This document shows, piece after piece, positions 1-10,202 of a DNA stretch of 64,000 nt. The stretch is from contig OZ245838.1 in assembly GCA_965228735.1 (NCBI GenBank), forward strand, positions 1,056,001 to 1,120,000, given 5' to 3'. A program made the position numbers and the translations under genes. Positions within the stretch are counted from its first letter, which is position 1, and every line of letters starts with the position of its first letter. The notes under the pieces were generated by a model, which ran no database searches, had not been told where the DNA came from, and saw only the letters and a program-made list of their open reading frames with translations. This DNA comes from Planctomycetota bacterium. Its GTDB lineage: Bacteria; Planctomycetota; UBA1135; UBA2386.

Positions 1-1063
1 TGAGGCGGAAGAAGGCCTGGCCACCGTTCGGGCTGCGATACAGGTCGCGGTTGCCGATCAGGAGATAGTTGGCGTTCGTCGGATGGGCCCAGATCACGTT
101 CGAGCGATGCCAGTCCGATCCCGGGATCGGATTGCTCGAATGCGACGACCAGCTCTGCCCGCCGTTCGTGCTGCGCCAGCAGTGGCCGCCGCCGAGGCTC
201 GCGAACATCAACTGATTCACCGATGCGGAGTAGGCGAGCTCGATGCGTTGCCCCGCGGGATAGCCGGGCGTTGCGTCGGTCCAGGTGACTCCGGCATCGG
301 TCGTCCGCATGATGCCGTAGGTCGTGGGGTCGGACGTGCGCCAGACCGCGGTCAGTCGCAGCGGATGGTTGGGATCGAGCAGGACCTGGTAGCAGTCGCG
401 GTGGTCGCGCGCGGTCCAGGTCTGGCCGCCGTCATCGGAGAGCCGCAGGCCCGTCGCCGTCGCGGCGAGGACCCAATCGGTGTTCGTCGGAATGATCGCG
501 AGCCGGTTGACGGCGCCGAAGTGCTCCGTGCCCGGCAGCTGCGTCCAGGTCGCGCCGGCGTCGTCCGTGCGGAAGATGCCGTCCCCGCGGATCGCGCCGT
601 GGTTGCCGTAGCCCTCGCCGGTGCCGACGTAGATGACGTCGGGATCGACCGGATCCATCGCCATGCTCGCGACGGCGAGGTTGCCCATGAATTCCGCGAG
701 CGGATACCACGTGGCACCGCTGTTGTCGGAACGCCAGACGCCGCCGCCGACCGAGCCGGCATAGATCCGGCCGGTGATCGTCGGGTGAACGAGGAGCGCC
801 CGCGTGCGACCGCCCATGTTGTCCGCGCCGCGCTCGGTCCAGCTGTAGTTTCCGATGCCGCCGCCGAAGTCCTCGTTGTCCCAGTGGTCGAGGTTGGCGG
901 CGCGTTCGGCCCGCGCGCGGCGCATGGCGGCCGGCGCGATCTGGCCGTTCGCGTCGACCATGCGCTGGCGACGGAACTCGATTGCGGGATCTTGCGGGGC
1001 CGCCGACAAGGTCGGGGCCGCGGCCGCGAGCAGAAGAGCGGAGATGAAGATGCGTCGTGTCAT
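1..1063 (-). CDS. Secreted BNR/Asp-box (VPS10/sortilin-like beta-propeller) protein, runs off the window edge
   Basis: Hand translation from the ATG at 1063: MTRRIFISALLLAAAAPTLSAAPQ (signal peptide)...WTERGADNMGGRTRALLVHP...GGVWRSDNSGATW...IYVGTGEG...GIFRTDDAGATW. Contains Asp-box S/TxDxGxTW repeats. Not in the ORF track because its stop lies outside the window. Confidence 0.85.
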   Translation of the reverse strand, partial: MTRRIFISALLLAAAAPTLSAAPQDPAIEFRRQRMVDANGQIAPAAMRRARAERAANLDHWDNEDFGGGIGNYSWTERGADNMGGRTRALLVHPTITGRIYAGSVGGGVWRSDNSGATWYPLAEFMGNLAVASMAMDPVDPDVIYVGTGEGYGNHGAIRGDGIFRTDDAGATWTQLPGTEHFGAVNRLAIIPTNTDWVLAATATGLRLSDDGGQTWTARDHRDCYQVLLDPNHPLRLTAVWRTSDPTTYGIMRTTDAGVTWTDATPGYPAGQRIELAYSASVNQLMFASLGGGHCWRSTNGGQSWSSHSSNPIPGSDWHRSNVIWAHPTNANYLLIGNRDLYRSPNGGQAFFRL

Positions 1064-1077
1064 CGCGGCGTTCCGTG

Positions 1078-3303
1078 TCAGAACCGGAGCGTGAGACGGA
1101 CCCGTTCGGAGAACGAGATGTTGGCGAATGCAGCGCACGGCGAGGCCGAGGTGTTGAGCAGCACCCATTGCACGTCGAACTCGCTCCCGACGAAGGGCGA
1201 CGTCGAGCAGGGCATGGGCCAGGCGTAACGGGCGGAGGATCCGACCTGCGGGGTGAAGACCGTCGCGAGCGGGGTGATGTACGTGCACGGTCCGCACGAC
1301 TGGGTCGGCCCCGGCAGGGCGAGGAGCAGGATCGGCAAAGTGCCGGACGGGAGCCCGCCTAGGCCGAGGAAGTGATCCTCGTTCCCGGGCGCGAACGGCC
1401 CACCCTGCAGCGGGTTCAGCGCAGTGTTCTCGCCGCACCCCGGGCCCAGCACCCCGGGCGCCTCGCCGGCCAGCGCGGTCATCCGCTGCATGACGATGCT
1501 GCCACTGAACGGCGGCGCATCGTCGGCTTCGGCGAAGACCACCAGCGCGTCGTCTCCGGGAAACCCGGACGAGACCCGGCCGGCGATCGCGGGGGCGAAC
1601 TCGCGATTCCGCAGCACGGTCGTGTTGAGCCCGCCGAGGGTCACGCGCGGGCCGCACGGTGCGCACGAGTGGTCGAACTCGACGGTCTGGACGTCGTAGT
1701 TGAACGAGCCCGTGATGACCTGCCTGGAGAACGCGAGGATGAACTTGTGTTCACAGAACGCGATCGCGGGTTCGCCTTCGTCGATCCCGGGGATGTCAGC
1801 GATCGGCACGGCAGGCGCGACGTTCTGCAACGCGGAACCGTTCCAGCGGATCGGACGCGCATACACGTCGGTCTCCATGTAGCCCACGCCGGACTCGCGC
1901 GCTTCGTAGACGACGACGAAGTCCGTGCCGTCGCCGTCGACGTCGCTGCGCTCGGGCGGTGAGAGCAGAGCGCCGGTCGCGATGGTGAGAGCATTGCCGA
2001 GCAGCGCGCCGTTCGCATCGCAGGCCCGCGCCCGGATCGCCGGACTGGTGATGACGAGGTCGTGATACGTGATCACGGCGACGTCGAGTCCGAACGGCGA
2101 CTTGCTGATCGCCGGCCACTTGGCCGACGCCGTCGTGTCGACCATGGTCGTGCCGGTGACGACGGGCAGCGCGCCGCCGCCCGCGACGTCGACGCGCGCG
2201 AGTCGGACGCCGGCACCCTGCAACGTGTAGACGATCAGCACGTCCTGGCCCGCGCCCAGGGTGTTGCCGGCCGCGTCCGGATCGAGCTCCTCGGCTGCCG
2301 TTCCCGCGACTGTGACCGGGAGCGTGGCGGCCCCGGTCGTCGCGTCGATCGACCGGCAGACGATGTTGCGGTCGTCGAACAGGCTCGGGGCCTCGTGCCA
2401 GGTCACGAGGAAGTCGCGGCCCTGCCGCGTCGCCGCCGCGGACGGCGGGCCGACGTCCGGACTGTTCCCGAGGGAGATGAACGAGCCGACGAGCGTGCCG
2501 TCGCCCTGGACGCGTTGGGCGCGGATCCCCACGAGGAGCGAGGAGAAGCGCCGGCGATAGACCACGAGGTAGGTGTTCTGGAAGCCGCTGTAGGCGACGT
2601 CGGGAGCGCCGTCGTCCCACGCCTGATTCGTCGTCCCGAGCAGCTGCGTGCCGATGAGCGGGTCGAGCACCAGCGGGTAGGCGCAACGGTCCACGAAGCT
2701 CGCCGGCAACCTGAGCTCGAGGACGTCGTCGTCGACGTGCAGAGTTCCGGGCGTCGTGTTGCCCAACGCATCGACACCGGACACGGTGCCGATGCTCACC
2801 CCGCCCACGTCGGGCAGCGTGAGATGCAGACCCGTGTGGTCGACCTGGCGCTCCGGAAGGTTGCTCGCGAGTCGGTAGCGCACGACGAGGTCGCCGTGTC
2901 CTGGCGGCGGCGCGTCGAAACGCCAGCTGAGCTCGAGTCCATGCGGGGTCACGGCGAAGCGTTCCGTCGCGCCCGCCCCCCGGGCGATCTCGACCCGCTC
3001 ACCGATGGCGACTGCAGGAGCGATGCGCGCCGGAGTCGCGGCGCCGGACGCGCGCCCGAACGAGATCGGCTGCAGGTCGAGGTGCTGGGTCGTGGTCGCG
3101 CGTCGACCGAGCGCCGGCACGAACCGCGTTCGGTCCGGACCGATCGCGGCGTGATAGTCCCAGCCGCCGGCCGTGACCGAGTCGCCGGCCTGTTCGATGC
3201 CGATCGCGTCACGCAGATGCTGCGTCGGCGTGTCCGACTGGCCGCGAGCGTGTGCAGCCGGATACGAGGCCGCGAGAAGCAGGAGGAAGTGGCGGAGTTG
3301 CAT
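1078..3303 (-). CDS. Secreted protein: N-terminal domain ending YPLVLDPLIG, beta-propeller-like repeats, shared C-terminal module
   Basis: Real coding part of track ORF 1078..4542. Signal peptide MQLRHFLLLLAASYPAAHARGQ; repeats PDVAY..TYLVVY, PSAAA..DFLVTW, PAIAF..KFILAF. Alternative start at 3339 overlaps the upstream stop (ATGA). Confidence 0.8.
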   Translation of the reverse strand: MQLRHFLLLLAASYPAAHARGQSDTPTQHLRDAIGIEQAGDSVTAGGWDYHAAIGPDRTRFVPALGRRATTTQHLDLQPISFGRASGAATPARIAPAVAIGERVEIARGAGATERFAVTPHGLELSWRFDAPPPGHGDLVVRYRLASNLPERQVDHTGLHLTLPDVGGVSIGTVSGVDALGNTTPGTLHVDDDVLELRLPASFVDRCAYPLVLDPLIGTQLLGTTNQAWDDGAPDVAYSGFQNTYLVVYRRRFSSLLVGIRAQRVQGDGTLVGSFISLGNSPDVGPPSAAATRQGRDFLVTWHEAPSLFDDRNIVCRSIDATTGAATLPVTVAGTAAEELDPDAAGNTLGAGQDVLIVYTLQGAGVRLARVDVAGGGALPVVTGTTMVDTTASAKWPAISKSPFGLDVAVITYHDLVITSPAIRARACDANGALLGNALTIATGALLSPPERSDVDGDGTDFVVVYEARESGVGYMETDVYARPIRWNGSALQNVAPAVPIADIPGIDEGEPAIAFCEHKFILAFSRQVITGSFNYDVQTVEFDHSCAPCGPRVTLGGLNTTVLRNREFAPAIAGRVSSGFPGDDALVVFAEADDAPPFSGSIVMQRMTALAGEAPGVLGPGCGENTALNPLQGGPFAPGNEDHFLGLGGLPSGTLPILLLALPGPTQSCGPCTYITPLATVFTPQVGSSARYAWPMPCSTSPFVGSEFDVQWVLLNTSASPCAAFANISFSERVRLTLRF

Positions 3304-3335
3304 GGTGCCGTGCCGTTGGATTGGATCGAGCCAGG

Positions 3336-5606
3336 TCATTCGACGATGACGCGCAGCGCGTCGGACAGGTCCGAGCTGAAGAGCGGGCAACCGGGCGCGA
3401 CGGGCTCGTAGATGACCCATTGCGCATGGAGCTGCACGCCGACGACGGACGACGAGTTGGGGATCGGCGCGGCGAAGACGGCGCGCCCGTAGGTGTCCGT
3501 GACGTCGGCCACGACGAGTCCGTTGAACGGATCCGCTACCATCTGCCCCGTGCCGCACGGCAGCCCGAAGAAGTCGCGGCTGACCACGAGCCACGCCGGG
3601 TAGCTCGCCTTGCGCGAGTAGAGCCTGGCCTCGAACGCCGAGCGCCCCTGGTGCGGGCAGAACGTGAACTGCGAGCCGTGACCCGGCCCGCACGAGCCGC
3701 CGAGGTTGTGGGCTTCGCCGTCCTCGCAATGCCAGCGTTGCGCGAGGATGTTGGACCCCGCGGTGCCCTGGTAGTCGTAGTCCTCCATGACGAGCAACAT
3801 GTCGTCGGCGGCGGTGCTGCCACCCGACGCCTTGCTGCAGCCCTGCAGGTTCCAGGACCAGCGCAGCGGACCCTGCAGCCACCCGAGGGTGGTGCCTTCG
3901 CAGAACGTGCAGTTCGCCGGATCGATCGACGCGAGGTAGCAGTGGTATTCGCTGCCGCTCTCGTCCGACCAGCCGAGGACGGCGGAGTTGCCGGCCATGA
4001 TGACCTTGGGGCCGAACTCGTGATCGTTCTGGTCGCCGTGGACGCGGACGATGTTGCTCGTCACCTGCGCCTGGCTGCCGGTCGGCCGGACCGGAACGTA
4101 GGTCAGCGTGCGGCAGTCGATGTCGTACTTGGTCGACGACGCGCTCTCCTCGGTCTGCCACGCGACCACGAACTGCCAGCCGTTGCCGTCGACGTCGATC
4201 GAGATCTGATCGAGACTCGAGCTGCTGAGCGGCAGCAGGCCATGCCGGATGCCGATGTTGCGATCGATCAGGCAGATCGCGGGGTTGCGGTTGCTCGTCG
4301 AGTACTGGCGTTCGAACGCGACACAGAGAATTCCGAGGTCGCCGCCGCTCTTGCTGATGCGCGGGTACCGCGGCGTGATGCTGTTGCTCTGGTAGAGCGT
4401 CGTGAGGCCGAACGAGCCCAGCTGCCCGGTCGTGCCGACCGTGATCTGCTTGGCCATGATGCTGTTGGTGGTCTGGTTCCACCACACGCACACGGCTTCG
4501 TCGTCGAGCGTCGTGGCTTCGCCCGCGACATCGGGTGCCCACTCGACGTCCGAGCCGACGGCGATGTCGTGCTGCAGACGCACGGTGCCGTTGCTCGCGT
4601 CGACCGAGCGGGCGACGATGTCGTTGGCGCGCGTGTAGACGACGACGAAATGGTCTCGCAGGTTGACGTTGGCGACGACCGGGTCGTACTCGTTCGTCGA
4701 CGCCGTCTGGATGTAGACGCGGCCACCGAGGAGCCCGCCCGAGCTGCTGACCCGCTGGCCGTGGATGTCGGTGTCCGTGGCGGAGAACCGGCGCTCGAAC
4801 ACGACGAGATAGGTGTTGGTCGTCGCGTCGTAGGCGACGTCCGGGTCACGATCGTTGAAGTTGGACGTGTACGCGGCGAACACGTTGCCGATGAGCGGGT
4901 CGATCGTGAGCGGCAGTGCCGCTCGGTCGACGAACGCGGCCGGCAGCCGTAGCTCGAGCTTGCCGCGGTCGTATTGCAGGGCGCCGGCCACCCGATCGCC
5001 ATTGGCGTCGATGCCGGTCACGCCGCCGATCGTCAGACCGCCGACATCGGCCAACTCGAGGCCCAGCCCGTCGCCGCGCGGCGCAACCGTGAGGGCGGTC
5101 GTCAGCCCGACTTCGACGACGAGATCACCGGTTCCGAGCGGCAGCTCACGCACCACGAAGCTCTGTTCGATGCCGGCGGCGCTCACGTCGTAGCGCTCGG
5201 TCACGGCCCCGCGGTCGTACTCGACCCGCAGTCCGGCGTGCGACCGGCTCGGCGATTCCGTCAGCAGGGCCGGCCCGCCGCGATGAACCCGGTCGAACCC
5301 GAACGTCACGGGCATGGAGCGCGGTGCATCGACGAGCGCCGGCGTGAACTCGAGTCCGCCCGGGAGGAAGCGCGCCTTGAACGCTCGCCCATGGGCCCAG
5401 AGCGTGTCATCGCGAAGCTCCAAGGCCGCGGTCTCGGGGAAGCCGCGCGTCGCGCCGGAGAGCGCGACGCCCTCGGCGGTTGCCCGGGCCGGCGTGGCCG
5501 GACCGTGGCTGGGGCCTCGTTGCGGGATCTGAGCGAGGATCGGCACGGCGAACAGCAGCGCGGCGAGAGCCGAACGCGGCGCGGTGCGGCGAAAGTGGCG
5601 GGGCAT
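3336..5606 (-). CDS. Secreted protein, paralog of 1078..3303
   Basis: MPRHFRRTAPRSALAALLFAVPILAQ signal peptide with GGAGA upstream. Segment ERYDVSAAGIEQSF...LELRLPAAFVDRAALPLTIDPLIG and PDVAY..TYLVVF align with the downstream gene. Confidence 0.82.
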   Translation of the reverse strand: MPRHFRRTAPRSALAALLFAVPILAQIPQRGPSHGPATPARATAEGVALSGATRGFPETAALELRDDTLWAHGRAFKARFLPGGLEFTPALVDAPRSMPVTFGFDRVHRGGPALLTESPSRSHAGLRVEYDRGAVTERYDVSAAGIEQSFVVRELPLGTGDLVVEVGLTTALTVAPRGDGLGLELADVGGLTIGGVTGIDANGDRVAGALQYDRGKLELRLPAAFVDRAALPLTIDPLIGNVFAAYTSNFNDRDPDVAYDATTNTYLVVFERRFSATDTDIHGQRVSSSGGLLGGRVYIQTASTNEYDPVVANVNLRDHFVVVYTRANDIVARSVDASNGTVRLQHDIAVGSDVEWAPDVAGEATTLDDEAVCVWWNQTTNSIMAKQITVGTTGQLGSFGLTTLYQSNSITPRYPRISKSGGDLGILCVAFERQYSTSNRNPAICLIDRNIGIRHGLLPLSSSSLDQISIDVDGNGWQFVVAWQTEESASSTKYDIDCRTLTYVPVRPTGSQAQVTSNIVRVHGDQNDHEFGPKVIMAGNSAVLGWSDESGSEYHCYLASIDPANCTFCEGTTLGWLQGPLRWSWNLQGCSKASGGSTAADDMLLVMEDYDYQGTAGSNILAQRWHCEDGEAHNLGGSCGPGHGSQFTFCPHQGRSAFEARLYSRKASYPAWLVVSRDFFGLPCGTGQMVADPFNGLVVADVTDTYGRAVFAAPIPNSSSVVGVQLHAQWVIYEPVAPGCPLFSSDLSDALRVIVE

Positions 5607-5882
5607 CGAGTCTCCAGGCAATGGACAGGCCACGCAAAGGATCGTGACGGGGAGCCGGTGTCCCGAGCCCGGCCCGTCGGACCGTGGAGACGGAATTTTC
5701 GACGCGACGCGCGATAGCCGGGGCGCATCCGGCGTCATGGGGCAAGGCGCTCTACGCCGGTGTTCGCCAGGACCTGGTCGCCGTGTTCCCGGCGACGATG
5801 CAGCTCACCGTGTCGCCGAACCCGGTCCTCGTGCCGGGCAGTCCGGCGCTGCGGTGGCGCCGATGGCGGGTCGGTCTCCGGC

Positions 5883-6956
5883 TCAGTCCGTGAGCGCGGC
5901 GAGCAACCGTTCGAGCCGGCCCTCGTCGTGATCGCCCATGTGGCCGATGCGGAACGCCTTGCCCTTGAGGTCGCCGTAACCCTTGTCCATCTTGAAGCCG
6001 GCATCGGCGGCGCGGCTCGCGAGGTCGTCGACGTCGGCCCCCTTCGCGTCGATGCAGCTGACCGTCGGTGAGCGTGCGGCCTCAGCGGCAACGAACGGCG
6101 CGAACCCCTGGTCGGCAGCCCACGCCAGCGTCGTGTCCCGCAGCGTGCGGTGGCGCTGCCACCGCAGTTCGAGCGTTTCGGCCTCGATGCGCTCGAGCTG
6201 GCGCTGCAGGGCGTAGACGAGAGGCACGCACGGGGTGGCGATAGTCTTGCCCGCATTCGTGTCGGGCACGGCCTTGCAGAGATCGAACAGGAACCCGCGG
6301 TCCGGCACTTCCGTGGCTCGGGTCATCGCGCGATCGCTGACCGCGTAGGTCGCGAGGCCCGGCGGCAACGCGAGGCACTTCTGCGTGCCCGCGAACGCGA
6401 AGTCGAGGCCCCAGTCGTCGAACCGCACCTCGGCACCCGCGAGACTCGTCACGACGTCGACGAGGATCAGCGCGTCGGGCTGGGTCTCGCGCACGACCGC
6501 GGCGAGGTCGGCGAGCGGTTGCAGCACGCCCGTGGACGTCTCGTTGTGCGTGATCGCGACGGCGTCGACCCGTTCGCCCTGCAAGCGCTGCCGCAGGGCC
6601 GCCGGATCGTGCGCCTGACCGAGGTCGACCGTCATCGCCTCCGGGCTGCGGCCACACGCGCCGGCGATCTTGTGGAAGCGCTTGCCGAACGCACCGCCCA
6701 CGAGGTGCAGTGTCTTGCCGCCCGGCGGCACGAGGTTGCGGATCGCGGCTTCCATGAGCGCGGTCGCCGGCGCGGTCTCGAACGCCGCGTTCTGCGTCGT
6801 GAGGTAGAGGTCGTGGAGCCGCCGGCAGACGTCCTGCACCGTTTCGACGAAGCGCGGATCGCGATGACCCAGCAAGGGCATCGCCATGATCTCCCGCAGC
6901 TCGGTATCGACTTCGGTGGGGCCGGGTATGAACAGCACGAGCGGCTCGTCACTCAT
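5883..6956 (-). CDS. Class V PLP aminotransferase (serine-pyruvate/alanine-glyoxylate family), candidate phosphoserine aminotransferase
   Basis: LFIPGPTEV, HNETSTGV, VDVVTSL, GTQKCLALPPG (PLP lysine), FRIGHMG. Lies directly downstream of the serB-like gene. Confidence 0.88.
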   Translation of the reverse strand: MSDEPLVLFIPGPTEVDTELREIMAMPLLGHRDPRFVETVQDVCRRLHDLYLTTQNAAFETAPATALMEAAIRNLVPPGGKTLHLVGGAFGKRFHKIAGACGRSPEAMTVDLGQAHDPAALRQRLQGERVDAVAITHNETSTGVLQPLADLAAVVRETQPDALILVDVVTSLAGAEVRFDDWGLDFAFAGTQKCLALPPGLATYAVSDRAMTRATEVPDRGFLFDLCKAVPDTNAGKTIATPCVPLVYALQRQLERIEAETLELRWQRHRTLRDTTLAWAADQGFAPFVAAEAARSPTVSCIDAKGADVDDLASRAADAGFKMDKGYGDLKGKAFRIGHMGDHDEGRLERLLAALTD

Positions 6957-6967
6957 GCCGGGAAGCA

Positions 6968-7705
6968 TCACGAATCGAGCGCGGAAAGCAACTCGCGGAA
7001 TCGCGGCTGCGAGCGCAGGCGGGCGATCTCGCCGGTCGTCAGCACGTGCGGCAGCACGCTCGCGAGCGACGGGCCGTCGGCCCAGGCCTCGGCCTGTTCC
7101 TTGACCGCGGCGCGCGCGGCGACGCCGCCGAAGCCGACGAAGCGGTCCGCGCCGTTGCCCTGCGTCTCGAGGTCGGTCGCGCCATCCCCGACGAACGCCA
7201 CGGGGCGGTGCGCGGGCGGGAGTCGGCGCAGCACTTCCGTCTTGCCGCCGTTCTGCCACAGCGGCGAACGTCGGTCGAAGTCGACGTAGTCGCCGCCGGC
7301 CGTGAACTCGAGCGGCACGGCGTGCACGTTCATCTCGAGGATGCCGAGATCGTTCGCGAGATAGCGCACCGGCATGAGCAGGCCGCCGCTGATGATGCCG
7401 ACGTGCTTGCCGAGCGCGCGCAGCGCCTGCACGACGTCGCGCGCGTGCGGCACCTCGTTCTGCACGTAGAGTTCGCCGACGCGATGCAGCAGGTCGCGCC
7501 GCGGCGCGATACGTTCCAGCCGGGTCTCGTAGATCTGCGCAAGCGGCGCCGTGCCGTTCATCGCCTGCTCGGTGAGCTCGGCGATCTCCTTTTGGGTCGT
7601 GGCGTCGACGGCGTCGAGCAGTTCGTCGACGCCTTCGATCGTCGCGAGGGTGGAGTCGCAGTCGAAGTAGACCGCTGCGAACGGGCTGCGAGGAGGCGTG
7701 GCCAC
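6968..7705 (-). CDS. serB: HAD-IB phosphoserine phosphatase-like protein
   Basis: FDCDSTL (HAD motif I), IEGVDEL, TEQAMNG, ISGG, GK, VGDGATD. GTG start at 7705 is an estimate. Confidence 0.8.
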   Translation of the reverse strand: MATPPRSPFAAVYFDCDSTLATIEGVDELLDAVDATTQKEIAELTEQAMNGTAPLAQIYETRLERIAPRRDLLHRVGELYVQNEVPHARDVVQALRALGKHVGIISGGLLMPVRYLANDLGILEMNVHAVPLEFTAGGDYVDFDRRSPLWQNGGKTEVLRRLPPAHRPVAFVGDGATDLETQGNGADRFVGFGGVAARAAVKEQAEAWADGPSLASVLPHVLTTGEIARLRSQPRFRELLSALDS

Positions 7706-7853
7706 GGCGCGGACGTTAGCGAAACCGTTCGGCCGCGGGAACGTCGCGAATGCGGAACCGCGTGACCATGCGCCGACAACGCTCGGGCATCCGGGATGCC
7801 GCGACGGCACGAAGTGGCGCTCGCGGCGACCCGCGAGCGCGCGACGTTGCCGG

Positions 7854-10202
7854 TTACTTGGCGATCTGCAGCGCTTCGAGCCGGCTCATCGCGCGCTGCA
7901 TGCCGATCTGGTAGTGCACCTTCTGGTTCTTTCCGGCGCGGTCCATCTGCTGCTGCAGCCAGTCGAGCTCGAGCTTGGTCGCGTTGATCTCGCCGTCGAG
8001 GAGGCCGCGGAGGATCGCGTACTTGCGTTCGAGGTTCTTCAGGCGCAGGGCGTCGGCGCGCGCTTCGGACTTGCTGATGTAGCCCTCCTTCACGAGCTTC
8101 TTGCTGTCGCTCTGCTTGGCGCGCGCGGCGTGCAGATCGCTGTCGAGGTCGAGCAGCTTGGAGGTCAGCGTCACGATCTCCTCCATCGACGCGGCAGTCG
8201 TGCTGCGGGCCGGAGGCGCAGCGACGCCGGTCGGCAGGCTGGGCTGGCGCGCGGTCCGGGCGAGGTGGCTGTTGCCGGGGGCCGGGAGGCCGGGGGTCGT
8301 GTTCCAGCGCGACGGCGCGGTCGGCACCGGTGCGGTCAGCGGATTCGCGGCGGGCGCCGACGGCGCGGCCGGCACGAGGCGGGTGTCCGGCAGGCCGTCG
8401 TTGTCGGTGTCCTGGAAGACGGTCCGGGCGAGCGGCGCACGCTTGCGGTCGGGCCTGCTCGATCGTGCGGCCGGAGCGGTCGTCGCGGTCGGCGCCCGGG
8501 TAGCCGCCGGGTAGCCGCCCTGGCCCGAGAAGTCCGGGTGGGTGGCCCGCGCGAGCGGCTGCGGCGGCTGGGTCGTCGACCCCAGGGTCGGCGCCTTCGG
8601 CGGGGCAGCGATGTTCTGGCTACCCTGGGTCGCACTGTTGGCGCCCTTCAGAGCCTGGCCGGACGGGTAACGCGTCGTCGCCGGAGCGCTACCCTGGCTG
8701 TTGGCGTGGCCGGACGGGTAGAGCGTCGTCGTCGGAGCGTTGCCCTGGCGAGTGGCCTGGCCGGGAGCGCGCCGCGCGGCGTTGCGATCCATCTGCTCGC
8801 GCATTTCCTCGAGCTCGGCCCGCAGCGCGTGGATCTCGGCCCGGAGCGCGGCCCGTTCGGCTTCGAGCCTGGCCTTGCGCGCCGCGGCGCCGGGGCCTTG
8901 CGCGGCCGCCGGCACGCCGAACGTGAGCGCCGCGGTCGCGACGAGCGCGCCGAGCGACACGGCCTGCAGCGCGCGGCGCGGACGGGAGACGGGGGTGGAG
9001 ACGGTGTCGGTCGAAAGCAGCATCTGAATCCTCCGGTAGAACGTGGATCGGCGGTGAAAGACAGCCATGGTCGCGGCCCCGCGCGCCGGCGGCGCGGCGG
9101 TGACGTCGACGAGGTCGAGAAGATCGCGCACGTAGTCCGTGCGGCTCGGGCCCGACCTGGCGGCGCGTTCGTCGGCGACGCGTTCGCTGTCGAAGCGAAC
9201 GGTCGCCCGCAGCCACCAGAACAACGGGTGCAGGGCGAGCGGCAGCGCGAGCACGGCGAAGAGCAGCTGAACGAGCGGATCGCGGCCGAAGAGGTGCGCG
9301 GCTTCGTGGCGCAGCACGGCCGCGCACGACTCGGGACGCGCGCCGAGTTCCGGCGACAGCACGACGACCGGCCGCAGCCAGCCGGCGCAGAACGGGCGGA
9401 CGGCGTCGCGAGCGACGAGCACGCGGGTCCCGGCCGGGAGCTGCACGTTCGCAGCCACGGCCGCAACGGCGGCGGCGGCCGGCCGGCAACGGCGCAGAAT
9501 GCGGCGCAGTCGCCAGGCGCCGATGGTGTAGTGCCCGAGCAGCAGGATCACGGCCACGAACGCGGTGATGGTGAGCGCTCGCGCCCACTGGGGCGCTGAT
9601 GGGTCGGGTGTGCGCGCGGTCGGGGCGGCGACCTCGACGTCGAGTTCGTTCGCGCGCGCGAGCAGCCGGGTCAGGCGTTCGTTGGCCGCGAGCACCGGGG
9701 TGTACGGCAGGACCGCGACCGGGAGCGGGTTCCGCGTGGGGGCGGCCGACTCCGCCCGGTCTCGGTTCACCTCGCCCGGGCCTTCCGCGTCGCGCTTCGT
9801 CGCATCGAGCGTTGCCCCGTCGAGCTCCGGCCCGCCGATGATGGAGCGGGCGAGCGGCGGCCCTCCCGCGTTCGACCGCTCGGCGCCGGCCGCCCCGGTG
9901 CCAGGGCCGGCTGTGGCGGGCGCGGACGGACCGTCGCCGGCGGCCGGGCTGGCGACCCGCACGCCCGATGACGCGGCGGGTTCGGGCAACAGCCGCGGCA
10001 GCGGCGGCAACGCGAGCAGCAGGTAGGCCAGCGCTCCGATCGCGGTCCAGATCCCGAGCCGGCGGCGGGCCTCGGCCGCGCGGTGCGACCGCGCGAGCAG
10101 CAGGCCGCCCGCCAGCACGACCGTCACGCCAACCGCTGCGCTCGGGCCGTATTCCGCGAGGCCGATCGCCACCTGGTCCAGGGCGTTCGAGTTGCCGATC
10201 AT
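7854..10202 (-). CDS. M56 family (BlaR1/MecR1-like) membrane metallopeptidase with a non-penicillin-binding C-terminus
   Basis: N-terminal TM segments, PFCAGWLRPVVVL, VLRHEAAH, HPLFWW, ERVADE, RRIQML. Overlaps the BlaI gene stop (ATGA). Confidence 0.88.
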   Translation of the reverse strand: MIGNSNALDQVAIGLAEYGPSAAVGVTVVLAGGLLLARSHRAAEARRRLGIWTAIGALAYLLLALPPLPRLLPEPAASSGVRVASPAAGDGPSAPATAGPGTGAAGAERSNAGGPPLARSIIGGPELDGATLDATKRDAEGPGEVNRDRAESAAPTRNPLPVAVLPYTPVLAANERLTRLLARANELDVEVAAPTARTPDPSAPQWARALTITAFVAVILLLGHYTIGAWRLRRILRRCRPAAAAVAAVAANVQLPAGTRVLVARDAVRPFCAGWLRPVVVLSPELGARPESCAAVLRHEAAHLFGRDPLVQLLFAVLALPLALHPLFWWLRATVRFDSERVADERAARSGPSRTDYVRDLLDLVDVTAAPPARGAATMAVFHRRSTFYRRIQMLLSTDTVSTPVSRPRRALQAVSLGALVATAALTFGVPAAAQGPGAAARKARLEAERAALRAEIHALRAELEEMREQMDRNAARRAPGQATRQGNAPTTTLYPSGHANSQGSAPATTRYPSGQALKGANSATQGSQNIAAPPKAPTLGSTTQPPQPLARATHPDFSGQGGYPAATRAPTATTAPAARSSRPDRKRAPLARTVFQDTDNDGLPDTRLVPAAPSAPAANPLTAPVPTAPSRWNTTPGLPAPGNSHLARTARQPSLPTGVAAPPARSTTAASMEEIVTLTSKLLDLDSDLHAARAKQSDSKKLVKEGYISKSEARADALRLKNLERKYAILRGLLDGEINATKLELDWLQQQMDRAGKNQKVHYQIGMQRAMSRLEALQIAK
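8653..8754. repeat. Two imperfect 51-bp tandem repeats inside the M56 gene
   Basis: They encode QGNAPTTTLYPSGHA and QGSAPATTRYPSGQA. Confidence 0.75.

Noticed and set aside
1078..4542. 1154-aa ORF as a single protein
   Set aside because: The first ~400 aa are an Arg-rich off-frame shadow of gene 3336..5606. Protein-like sequence starts at the signal peptide near 3303.
5684..5893. 69-aa ORF or gene remnant (MQLTVSPNPVLVPG)
   Set aside because: Only a short protein-like stretch, with no RBS or recognisable family; cannot be supported.
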